This document shows positions 52,098-64,000 of a stretch of DNA of 64,000 nucleotides, in pieces; position 1 is the first letter of the stretch, and each line of letters begins with the position of its first letter. This DNA is from Eledone cirrhosa. Taxonomy: Eukaryota. The position numbers and the translations under genes were made by a program. Location of the stretch: positions 313,534,001 through 313,598,000 of the forward strand of contig OZ024742.1 of assembly GCA_964016885.1 (NCBI GenBank). Direction: 5' to 3'. A model generated the notes under the pieces. It searched no databases. It was not told the origin of the DNA and worked only from the letters and a program-made list of their open reading frames with translations.

Positions 52098-52256
52098 AGT
52101 TAACCTCGGCAGGATTTGAAATCATGCTCTTTACGGTCTGAGTTCAAATCCCGCCGAGGTTAACTTTGCCTTTCATCCTTACCGGGTCGATAAAATAAAG
52201 TAGCAGTAATGCACTGGAATAATTGCTGGCCTTGTGCCAAAAGTAGAAACAATTAT
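52098..52256 (+). mobile_element. SINE family A with a short inverted duplicate at its 5' end
   Basis: AGTTAACCTCGGCAGGATTTGAA (52098-52120) is the reverse complement of 52143-52165. Confidence 0.8.
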
Positions 52257-53149
52257 TATAGAAAAACGTCCCCTCGATTTCGTTTTTTTCTTTTTCATTT
52301 GCTATCAACTAATCTGACGCGCAACATGGTTGTAATCAACTTTTTTTTTCCTGGAAAATGCAAGGGGTGGAGATGCCCTCACCCCCTCTGGATTTTTCTC
52401 TAACATTTTTTTTCACATGTTATCAATGAATGTGACCTTCAAACCAGTCAGAAACAACCAGCTTTATAGAAAAAGGAGGGGGAAAGGGAGCGGAAAGACC
52501 ATTGGAATTTTGCAGAGCTACTCTCCCTCATGCGTTTGGTGGGAAATAATTATTTTTCCTTGTGCTTATCAAGTAATCTGACTTCCAAACCTTCGGTAGG
52601 AAATGGTGGTGGGTTAGAGTATACATATGCAAAACTCTTTTTTCTGACTGGTTTGGTCGTCATATTCGTTGATAACACGAAAAAAAAAAAAAAATTGTAG
52701 GAAAAACACCGCCAAATCGATTTTTTTTCCGGGAAAAGAATATTCGATTGCGATCATGTTGGAGGTCAGATTAGTTGAAAGTACATGAAAAAAAAAACGA
52801 GGAAAAAATTCATTTCCCAATGAAATTGAGAGGGGGTCTTCTATGTATTTACTGACTGTTCCTTTCTACTTATGTAACATATCAATATTGGTATATCACT
52901 TATAACTTCGAGATGGTTTTAAAAAGAAGCAAAACACGCATCTTAAACTAAATGGCTCTTTTCGTCGGTGACGGTCGGTTTTAATGACCAAGAGCTTTTG
53001 CACCTAGAAGGTTCGCCACATAGGCAAAAGCCTGGGGAATGTGCTTTTGTTGAAGACTAACAGTCGCCTTGCATACCCGTTTCTCCTCTCCACGTTGTCC
53101 AAAGGAAAGGCAAAGTCTGATGGAGCTTGGTACCAGTGACGTCGAAACT

Positions 53150-53291
53150 CATTTCCAGCTGAGTAAAGCTAGAACAACATAAAATAAAGAGTTTTGCTCA
53201 CGGATACAGCACACCACTCGGACCGGGAATCGAATCCACAATCTTACGATTGTGAATCTAACCCTTTAACCACGAAGCTATGCGCCTTCAC
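53150..53291 (-). mobile_element. SINE family B
   Basis: Minus strand GAAGGCGCATAGCTTCGTGGTTAAAGG...GGATTCGATTCCCGG (A and B boxes). Confidence 0.7.
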
Positions 53292-53982
53292 TGACATAAT
53301 TGGAGTCAAAAACGTGTAGTTCCTCTTCCTTGATAACCGGAAGTTGTTCTATTTTTTTTTTCTTTACTTCCCTAAATCGTCCGTAAGAAGCGACTCCCCT
53401 CTCCTATTACAGTAAACACACATGTATATGTAATCTGTTATTACACATACATATGTGATCATGTGTATACTAGAGAAATTGTTATCAGTCAAAAGGAAAC
53501 TGTCGTGATACTGTTTCCTTCTAACGAATTCAACAACAATAAATAAATCCCCACTATCGTGTATTAGAGGTAATATAACATTAACTATTGTTTTTTTCTC
53601 TCTTTTTAATTAATCCTTTACTCAAATAGATGCATGATCGCGATTGTGTGTTTTCCTATTGTATTTCTTTTTCATTATATCTTGACAATAGTTTTTTTTT
53701 TATTCGTGCACATATTTTAGTTCTTTACTTACGTAAATACAGCGTAACACAGCTGCAACACTTACACACTCAGTCAAAAACAGACGTAGACACGTGTATT
53801 CATAATCATATTTAACTTTGAGAATTCATCCGGTCATTTGTGTGCGCGCGCGTACACACACACACACACGCATATATATATATATCTATATATATATATT
53901 ATATATATATATAAAGTAAAACAATATATGTATATATATTGTTTTACTTTGGGAGGATCATGCTGCCAATTCAAAAACGAAG

Positions 53983-54026
<44 letters not shown>

Positions 54027-55382
54027 TTTCTCGTTTTATATATATATATATATATTATATTGTCTTTCTCTTTTCCTTATATCCTGTTTTTTTTTGTTCG
54101 TGTCTATCAGATTTCCTGTATACACACATATACATATAAATTTCTGAGTTTTTCTTTCAATCCTTATGCCCTTTACGTACTACCTCTCAAGTACGTATCT
54201 CCCTTTTCACCTGTTTTTCAGCGTTTTCTCCTCTCATTTTCTCTCACTCTTGATTGGCATCCCTCCTTATTCTTTATTGCTTTACCCTATCCATTAAGTT
54301 GTCATTTAAATTTTATAGTTTATACATGTTAGGTCCTTTCGCGTGTATTTCTTCTGGATTTTTTCCTATTCCTGTCAGTTCTCGTGTTTTATTCTTCTTT
54401 CTCTCTCCAATCGTTCATTTGTCCGTTAAACTTCTTGTTTTCTCCGTTCATCTCTCTGTTTTTTTCTATTACTCTACCCATTCCTTTACTTTCTCTTTCA
54501 ATTTCCCTACCCTTTTCTTTCCCCATTCTCTCTCTCTTTATTTCTTCTATAATATTTTCCTCCATCTCCTTCACTTCTTTTACCCTATCTATTTCCTCTT
54601 ATATTTCATTGTCCATGATTCTATTTCAGTTTCCTCTCTTTCTCTTTTATCGTCCTTCCTTTTTCTTGTTTTTTCGTTTCCTCTCATTCTGTTAGTCTGC
54701 TTCTTGTTCTTTTCTCTACGTATTTCATTTACACTGCACTTTCTCTTTCTCTCGCCGTCTTCTATACTTTCTTTTCGCTATCTTACACTTTCTCCTTTTG
54801 CCCTCCTACTATGCACGTTTTTTCTGACTTTGATCTCCCCACTTTCTTTCTTCCAACCCACACAAACGTTGTTCTCCAGAAACCGTCTTATAGATCGGAC
54901 CGTCTCGTTAACTTTCATCAAATTCTATTTCATGCTTCGATTTCTTATGGAACCCAAGTGATTACCCCGAAGTTGTAAGATTGTTAGTATATTTAATCTA
55001 TGTTACTGTCGCTCCCTTTCTTGCTATTTATCATTAATTATTTTTGTCTCACAATTTCTTATTTTCTTTCGTCCCTGTGGATATATATCTATATATCTAT
55101 GTGTCTATATATAATTGTTTATATTTATGCATTTATAAATGTTTTTAATGTATAAGTTTTAACATATGTGGGTCTGAGTTTGTCACGTATCCAAATGTTT
55201 GTTTATAAACGAGAGAGGAAGTACTCAATATATGACATAGAATTTTACTCATATATATACATACATATATATATATATCAATTACTGGTATTCCATAAAA
55301 TAAACCCTTGCCCAGGCTTGTGCCTCGGATATGATGGGAACTTTGTAGGTGCAAAACCCATGGTCATTCGTGACCAAAGGAA

Positions 55383-55440
<58 letters not shown>

Positions 55441-55591
55441 TTAATGGCTTTAGTCATTAGACTGCTGGCAGTACTTATTTTCAAGTCATGTAGATATTAT
55501 ATCGATCAATTTTTTTTCGTCTGAACCCAGAACCACGTAGTTGCGAAGCCAACTCCGTAAACACAGTCATGACTGCGCATATATATATATA

Positions 55592-55784
55592 TAGGACAAA
55601 GTATGACCCCGACGGCAGAGCTCAAGCCGTTTCGACGGCTATTTCTGGTCCAGAAATAGCCGTCGACCGGCTTGAGCTCTGCCGTCGGGGTCATACTTTT
55701 TCCTAATACCCACTCTACTACCCTAAGTATTGAGTACTCTGGTGCGTTATGGTCCATCTGGTTCCTTACCACAACTCCTTCGTT
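55592..55784. mobile_element. Fold-back insert in (TA)n with hammerhead 3' half on both arms
   Basis: ~56-bp arms 55592-55648/55650-55705 with 1-nt loop; left arm (minus) reads GAAA-CGGC-ttGAGCTCt-GCCG-TC. Confidence 0.8.
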
Positions 55785-55827
55785 ATATATATATATATAT
55801 CGGAATACAACAAACGACAACGCAGGA

Positions 55828-55879
<52 letters not shown>

Positions 55880-57812
55880 CACACACACACACATATGTGT
55901 GTGTGTGTGCGTAATATTTGTATGACCAGATTCATCTTAAAGTAGTTTACGATATCGCTTCCAAAGATTACGAAAAGCTACCGGCTGTTCATTGATTTTC
56001 AGTCCTTATAGTCCTAGATATTTATTTTACTTGCCATGATTTGCTGTGGACTGCCGTCAAGTTAACCTGAATTTATGAATATTTTAACTCGGCAAGCTAT
56101 AGTAGAGTGAAGATATTTTAAAAATCATTTTTGATAATTAGTAGCAAATATTGATATACTAACGAGTTAAAATTGTTTGCACACACACACATTGCTGAGA
56201 CTGTTGTGTCGGACTAAAATCATAAGTTCATATATATTTCCCCCTTCTGTTTAGTCAAGGAGGAAGGGATGTGCCCATGACACTTTACAGGGCCTCCATG
56301 GCTGGTGGGAGCGAGGTACCCTCAAACCAGAGATATGACCTGAATGCTTGCTCGAGAATGAACTTTGCTAAAGACACGCAAGCGCCAGGTGTTGGTGTTA
56401 AACCGAGCAACTGATTAATCTAACCGTAACTCAAATCTTGAGTTTAAATCTTGGTGAATTTGACGTTGAACATTAATATTAGAGGAGGGGCAGTGAAATC
56501 AGTACCAGTAATATACTGAGTTTATTTAATTAACTTGTTTTATCGTAAAGGGAGGAATCAGTATATGCGCACATACATTTTGGCTGAGGGGAAATACTAA
56601 ATACACATAGAGTAAGGGTCTCACATATGAAATATATGTGATTGAAAAACTTTGGTCAACTTAAATCCACTATGCAACTTAGGGTCCTTATTGGGTGTTA
56701 AATACTCTAAAACAAATAAGGGAGATAACTCCCAATCAGATCCAAATTGATTTATTTTGTTTATATTGTCCAAGAATTTCGACCAACTGATCTTATTGGT
56801 GTCATTTCCCTTGTTTGATTTTAAACAACCCTGAAAGGAAATTTTTGTTCATTAATTTCTTGGATAATCTCCATTAAAGTTTTTCAACTCATCCCCAACA
56901 TCATTTTACATCTGCTTTTCCATGCTGGGATGGGTTGGACAGGCCATTACAGACAAAATCAGTACTGAATGGAGCTATTGTCTGTATCTAGATGGACCTG
57001 GGACTGTATCTCGTTTGGCTTACATATGTCCCAGTTGTAACAAGCTTTCTACAGCTAAAAGCCCTGCATAACATCAACAACTTCACAGTGTTCTGGATAC
57101 ATTCTATTGTGGCACTAGGGAAGTTGTCATGTCCTTGACACAACCGAGGAGTCCTTTCAACCCTTTACCGTACTACATATATAAAATTCCTCCAGTGCAT
57201 GTTTAAACTACAGACAATAGATCAGTGTTCAAATCTTGCTATTGTACACTAGGCAGTGTGCCAGTCTCATAATAACTATTTACATTCTCTAGCTAATACA
57301 CACATCTCTGCATGCCTGAGTAAGTTTAAATGACAGTAGAAATAACTTCATATTTGTGGTTGAAGTAGCAAGTGTATCCAATTGTATGAAACAATAGTTA
57401 AATAAAACATACTAGCATGAGAAGTTTCTGTACAGGCATTAGCATAGCTGTGTTCTTATGATGTTAGCTTAGCCACAATGTAGGTTCAGTCTTGATCCAA
57501 CTGAGCAAAGTGTCTACTACTGTAGCCCTAGGTTGACCAGTACTTTGTGAGGAAAAATTTGGAAGGTAGAAACTGTGGAAGTTTGTTTTGTATTTGTAGA
57601 TGTGTGTGTGTGTATAATATATAATAGAAACGTTTTATTAATAACAATAAAAAAAATCATAAACATATCTATTTCAAATAACATCAACACTACAGATATT
57701 TAAAAAGGGAAAGGCAAGGGCTCTAGGCTCACAGAATAATGGGAGGGTGATGGGCTCTAGGCCTAGGGTGTGGCAGTGTTGGGGCTGTGCCCCATGGACA
57801 CAACCACAAAGG

Positions 57813-57886
<74 letters not shown>

Positions 57887-59548
57887 AATCTAATAAGATT
57901 TTGTGTTTTTGCATCTTTGTGTTTGCCTTGACTATTCTTCAACTATATATGTGTGAGTGTATACATCTATATATATAAATGTTATCATTTTAATGTCTGA
58001 TTTCTCTGTTAGCAAGGGTTGAACATGTCTATATAGATCAAGTCAGTACTGAAACAGGACTACTGATCTCCCAGACAGGCCAGGATTCTGTGTCTTACAT
58101 TCTACAGAGTGCATAGGAGAGAGTGCTGGTAACATGATAAATACACCCTGGAGAGCACTGGAATGTATGTAAGCAAACTACAAGTCCTCAACCAGTCTGA
58201 ACAATCAGTAGATGTAACTGAGATGCAGGCCTCCAGCTCAATGTCTGAGACCAGTAGCTCTACTTTAGTACTGACCCAATATGTGATGACTTGTCCAACC
58301 CTTGCTTGCAAGGAAAATCTATGTCAAATGATGATGATGATATACGCATGATATAAATTGGTGTGTTGAGTTATGTCTCATTATACTCAAAAGGCAAAAC
58401 CTCACCAGTCAATAAAAATCATTAAAATATGTACCAGACTAAAATAAAAACCAGGGTTGATAAAATCAATGAAAACCTTTGAAATAGGAGCCTAACAGAA
58501 GAGTGCAGTAATGCCTTTGAGCAAAAGTGTGCCAAGTATCAAGAACATGAGTGCAGGGAGAAAGATTGGCAAGCATGGCTATTTCCAGTCAAGGTGGGCT
58601 GCAGGGGATTCCAGCTCACTGCCATTGGAATGACAGGAGTAGAGAAGAGTGTAGTTGGCAGGATGGAGGAGACAACAGAAAGGGCCTCTTGTTGGCTTTG
58701 GAGTAGGAGAGAGGAGAAGAGGTAGAAACCAGGAGGCGAAGATGAGCAGTAATTTGGCCACCACTAGTGACCCACCAGTGAGAGGGTGTTACATTTGAGG
58801 GTCGAAACACCCAATGAATGTTGGACACCGTTTGATTACAAGTTAATTTCATTAGCTGGCTGTTCCATTGTTGGAATAACTGGAACGCTCATCATTGAAA
58901 CTGATGGAAGTCCATCAATGTATGTATGGGGACAAATTCTGACCATGATTTAACACCCACAACCTATCAAAGTTTTGTAAGTTTATTCCATTCATTTGTG
59001 AAGGTAGTTTCGTAGTTAGAGAAGTTGGATTAATTATCGTGAGGTTATAAGTACGATTCCTGGACTGGGTGATATGTTATGTCCTTGAGCAAGACACTTT
59101 ATTTCACGTGACTGAAAGATAGTATCAGCAATGAAAGGACCAATGGAAACATTGTTTTCTTGGTCCTATTTGATGAGGTCCACCCCACTTGGTAAGTGAA
59201 TGAAGTCTGGGATCTTGCCTTTTGCTTCAGAAGAATTCCACTCATATCAGTTGCAATATACCATCCCTGATAATTCTAATAGAATCTTTATATTGTAACT
59301 TTGAGAACAGCTAATAAAGATGTAGTTCATTTATTTCACATTCATTCCTTATTCCTCAGTTAACATGGGATGTTACACGTGTATCCAAACACAGTTTTTG
59401 CATTGATTTAGCATCTATCGTATTGCTAAAAATAGCAACCAAATTTTCATCAAATTACACCCTACTGTGTTAATTCTAAACATCCTGTACCACCTAAAAC
59501 TGCATAAGCAAGATATTCTTGAAAGCACAAAACAGCACTATGATTGCA

Positions 59549-59735
59549 CGGTGAATTGGCAGTATCGGTAGAGGGTTGGACGCCATGCTTTCTAGCATAG
59601 TTACGTCCCTTTACGGTCTGAGTTCAAATCCCGTCGAGGTTAACTTTGCCTTTCATCCTTACGGGGTCGATAAAATAAAGTACCAGTAATGTACTGGGTA
59701 ATTGCTGGCCTTGTGCCAAAAGTAGAAATGATTAT
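59549..59735 (+). mobile_element. Full-length young SINE family A
   Basis: A box TGGCAGTATCGG, B box GAGTTCAAATCC, core GCCTTTCATCCTTACGGGGTCGATAAAATAAAGTACCAGT, ATT tail. Confidence 0.9.
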
Positions 59736-59993
59736 TTATTAAAGTATTTCGTTTCGTGCAAATTTTCTCAATCTATCAACTCATAAATATTTTATAAAAA
59801 TTTAAATTAACAAACATATTTTTAGATATTTTCTGCTAATTTATTACAGGAAGAAAAGCTACATTGAATAATGGTGTTAGGCACACTACATCTGAATAAG
59901 AGATGTGATGGTAATAGCTATTGTACCTGTAATTCAAATGTCCAGCCTTGTAATATGTTGGGTCATTCTGATTTGGCCTGAGAATTATGTTAA

Positions 59994-60210
59994 CTCTGTA
60001 GCATTTACATTACTCTATATTTACTATTGTATTTTCACGGTAAAGGCTTTATCTTACATAATTATCTCACATAATATCGAATCTGAGGTTTTGATGTTAT
60101 TTAATTTGAGAACAATACTTTAACATCAGTATGAGTGGCCAGTTATAGCCGGTTTGAACAGAAGAGGTGAGAAAATTCTGGTGGTTATAGCCAATTTAAA
60201 GGCTAAAGGG
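59994..60210. mobile_element. piggyBac-type TTAA MITE, diverged
   Basis: Colinear with 7191-7397. Confidence 0.78.
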
Positions 60211-60232
60211 CTAAGAGTATGTGCATCTCTAC

Positions 60233-60390
60233 AGGCGGTGAATTGGCTGAGTCGTTAGAATGTCAGATAGAATGCTTTGTGGTATTTGTTCCAACTCTTT
60301 GCTCTCTAAGTTAAAATCCCGTGGAGGTCAATTTTGCCTTTCATCCATTTGAGGTCGATAAACATGTACCAGTTTAATACTGGCGTTGAT
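60233..60390 (+). mobile_element. SINE family A, old copy
   Basis: GGCGGTGAATTGGCTGAGTCG...GCCTTTCATCCATTTGAGGTCGATAAA. Confidence 0.75.
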
Positions 60391-60689
60391 TCTTCCTTCA
60401 TATCTCTTTCTCACTTCCTTTCTCTCACTCTCTATCCTTATCTGGAAGAAATCTGTTGTATTTACACCTGTAGAGAATTGGGTTCCGCCAGGTTAAAAAA
60501 TGCCCTAGAAATGCTGTATGGTGCCCCTATGACTCCTTCAGGAGTTATGGCACCATGCATAAATGCACACATGCATTTCTGGAATACTCAACCACTAACA
60601 CATTAATTCATGAGTTTTGCAGTTGATCAAAGAGCTGGATACTCACTGTTGAAAGCAACATAGTGTCCACCCTCCATTACCATCATCAG

Positions 60690-61160
60690 TATCACCATTA
60701 TTATCATCATCATCATCACAATCATCATCCTCATTATTTAATGTTTGCTATCGTTTTCTTGTAAGCAAGGGTTGGGTGGGTCTTCATAGATCAAGTCAGT
60801 ATTGAAGCAGGGCTACAGACTGCCCAGACAAGTCATGGGTCTGCATCTAGCTTACATACAATTCCAATTTCTACCAAGTGCATTGTATCATGGCACCAAC
60901 ACTAGGGAGGTTGTAGTGTCCTTGACACAACTGAAGGGTCCTCCCAACTCTTTGTTTGGCAAGCTTTCTATGGCTGGATGCCCTTTCCTATCACTAACCA
61001 CTTTACAGTGTGTACTGGGTGTGTTTATCATGTAGATCCCCGATACTGGGGAGGTTATTATGTCCTAGACACAACTGAAGGGTCCTCCCAACCCTTTGTT
61101 TGGCAAGCTTCCCTTCCCTATCACCAACCATTTTACATCATGTACAGGGTGTGTTTATCA
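60690..61160 (-). mobile_element. Old RTE-tail-related repeat with an internal tandem duplication
   Basis: (CAT)n start; similar to 56900-57160 and 57985-58100; 60902-61030 repeated at 61045-61160. Confidence 0.55.
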
Positions 61161-61810
61161 TGTATATCACCAACACTATGGATGTGATAGGAATTATTTA
61201 ATATTCAATACAGGAAGAAAGATTGATTTAGAACCATAAAACAAGAAAATGGTTGATTTTGAAAATAAATATAATTACTTCAAAACTGAATATGCAGCAA
61301 CTAAGAAAAGGCAATTATTTTTTTCAATTATAGCATTTCATTTAATATAACTTTAGTGGCTATACTTCATGGAAATAGATATTGATGAAAATGTTGTTTC
61401 CATTAAAGACACATTCACTTTGTTTTATTGTGATCATTGTATTGGTTTGTGTATTTCTGATGTGAGCCTGAAATACATTATTTCCTATTACTATTCTATG
61501 AACTATACATGCACCTTTGATGAGTTATAGTGCACCTGAGCAATGTACACAATCATTTCATTATTATTATTATTTTTCATTATTAATTTTTTAGTTTTAC
61601 TTCCATTACCGCCTTATTTAGCATATTACCTGTCTGTGTGAAGGCATGTGGCCTAGTGGTTTGGGTGTTGGATTCAGGATCATAAGTTCATGGGTTTAAT
61701 TCCTTGACTGAGTAACATATTGAGTTCTTGAGCAAGACACTTTATTTCACATATTGAGTTCTTGAGCAAGACACTTTATTTCATGAGAAGACTGAGACCT
61801 CTATCATTAA

Positions 61811-62028
61811 CCCTTTAACATTTAAACCGGCTGTATCTGGCCAGAATTCTCTCACCTCTTTCTGTTCAAACCAGCCATAACTGGCCAATCATACTTATGC
61901 TACGGTACTGTTCTCAAAATAAATAATATCAAAATCTCATAGATTTGATATTATGTGAGATAATTATGTGAGGTAAAGCTTTTACTGTGAAAATATAGTA
62001 AATACAGAGTAATATAAATGCTAAAGGG
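61811..62028. mobile_element. piggyBac-type TTAA MITE
   Basis: TTAA-CCCTTTAACATTTA...TAAATGCTAAAGGG-TTAA. Confidence 0.88.
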
Positions 62029-63124
62029 TTAAAATACATAAAAAGTCTCCTATGAGATGTAACCTCATAAATCTGCTTAAGTGTGAGCAGTAAATGTCAT
62101 GACATGTATGAGCACTGAGTAGATGGAATGTTTCAATAGTTAAGGGTTTTAACTTCAGAAAAACCTTATTTTGATTGGTTAGCTGGTCCATTCAAGCCAT
62201 CTTTGTGGAGAAGAGGGAGTCATTCTTCTAAACTGCTCTAAATGCATATACCACTTTTTTTTGTAGTAATGAGGTTATAAACAAAATAGCATTTTAATTA
62301 CAGATATATATTTCAAACATATTGGTTCTTTTCAGTATAGTGCAAAACACTTGGATTTTTTTGCTTGTTTTTTTTTTGAAAGTAAAGATATAGTTTTGTA
62401 ATTTAAAGATAGATAGATAGATAGAGAGAAAATAAGTTAAATTAATTTATGAAGAGGGAGAGTTAGAGCAAGTGGCAAATAGTAATCATTTTGCTTACCA
62501 GTGTGTGTTTTTGTAGAAAAATAGATAGATAAAGAGAAAGAGAGAGGGTGGGGATCAAAACGTTGAATTTACAAAGATAAAGTTGCAGAGAGGAGAGAGA
62601 AGCAGAGCCTTGAAATTTCCAAAGATGAAGTCACAGTTTTGAGTTCAAGAGGTGAACAGTAATCAGTCTTTATGCACTCTCTGTACATACCAGCCATTCC
62701 TATGTTTTACAGTAATGTTTCAAGACTCTTTAATTACTTTATATGGTATTATATATACATTTATGCAATTTAACCCTTTCAATATCAAGCCCCCCCACCC
62801 CGGTTGTACAATACTAAGCTGTTTGTTTTAAAGTGTCTATATTTATCTAAAAACCTTCCACCATAATTTTATGTAAGAATCTTTGTTAAGTGCCAAACAC
62901 CAGCTGAATAATGAGAAGGTTAGTTATACCATTAGGTGCAAATTTCATTTTTTACTAGCATTAATCCTTTCATTACCATATTTCTCATGAAAACACTGTT
63001 AAATTTATTACTAAATCTATCCAATTTTTTTTTCATTTGAAAACTATAGCCTGTTTTTTTTTTCTTGAGAATTATGGTAATAAAAGAGTTGATAAGAACT
63101 TTGACTTTTGATGAATTTAACTCT

Positions 63125-63591
63125 TCTAATCTATCTTATATACTAAAATATAACCCAACCCTCTATTTAATGTCTTGAGAAATAGGCAAAAATCTAAACC
63201 CCTATTTATAAGCAGAGGCAGGTAATCAACACACAATATTTAGATGGTGTGGTTTTGAAATTCTTAGTGGAGAATATATTTATGAAGTTTTAATATTTTG
63301 TTATTTAAAATGTTTTAAGCATTGTTTAGAGTATAGTTTTTTTGCTTCACAACTCGATTACGTAATGATTTTTTTTTACTAATTCCTGACCGTTTTGAAG
63401 GCTGTATTCATTAAAAACACATCAAAAATGAATTTCACCTCCAAAGCGAAAATATATTAGCACCTCATTTACATAAAATTTTGAATTGGTAAAAATTGGC
63501 GAACTATTGACCTCAAATTTAACCTGACCCTTCATTTTACTATCAATTTTTTTGTCACATATATTTTGGCTTATATAGAAGTATATATGTT
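63125..63591 (+). mobile_element. pogo/Tc2-like non-autonomous DNA transposon, decayed
   Basis: 63148-63312 matches 14100-14262; right end GGCTTATATAGAAGTATATATGTTA is roughly the inverse of the 14068 terminus. Confidence 0.5.
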
Positions 63592-64000
63592 ATATTCTGG
63601 TTGAAATCAATTTCTTAGATGAGTTTGTTTTATTTCACGTGACTGAAAGATAGTATCAGCAATGAAAGGACCAATGGAAACAGAAATTACTAATTCACTA
63701 TGTTGTAGCAAAGAGAAGTACCTTCATTGTTTCAATTCTTAAAATCTGGTTTTCCTTCTTAAAGTCCTGTCAGAATACATTGATAAATTCAACATTCTGT
63801 TGAAATTATAACTCACTTCATTTTGTGCTTTGATAAAATATTTTTGAAATCTATTAATATTTATATAATATCCATACAAATAGCTAACCCTTTTAATGCT
63901 AAACCACCTGAAACTGTCTCTGGTTCTTCCATACAAAAGTGTTTAGATTTATCCAAACTCCATCCTGACTGCTGGGACCATGAGGTGGACTGACTCTTAA

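Noticed and set aside
54254-54961. 235-aa hydrophobic ORF
   Set aside because: Low-complexity CT-rich tract giving F/L/S codons.
59549-59640. tRNA genes
   Set aside because: A and B boxes belong to SINE heads; no cloverleaf, and the SINE core follows.

Overview
AT-rich eukaryotic animal DNA, most likely a cephalopod such as octopus (inferred from the (TA)n/(TATG)n density, RTE LINEs with (GAT)n tails and tRNA-derived SINEs; not verified). Most long ORFs in the supplied track are microsatellite artefacts. Main content: (1) an ~18.6 kb array of a 67-bp monomer (277 units in exact phase, with higher-order duplications), sitting inside a SINE-like sequence whose single-monomer counterpart lies at ~37.1 kb; (2) two spliceable minus-strand exons (12235-11860, 10596-10460) of a probable membrane protein with a Cys motif recalling invertebrate C6orf89-like proteins; (3) a Penelope-like retroelement (RT ORF, two ~400-bp direct repeats each with a hammerhead-ribozyme motif); (4) several fold-back inserts in (TA)n tracts carrying hammerhead fragments; (5) RTE LINEs with a PHD-type finger after the RT core, and a short RTE derivative with a C2H2 finger; (6) a non-autonomous Helitron whose empty site is in the window; (7) a decayed hAT transposase, TTAA MITEs, CR1 and R4-like fragments and many SINEs. 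Everything was read by eye; family names rest on recalled motifs, not database searches.
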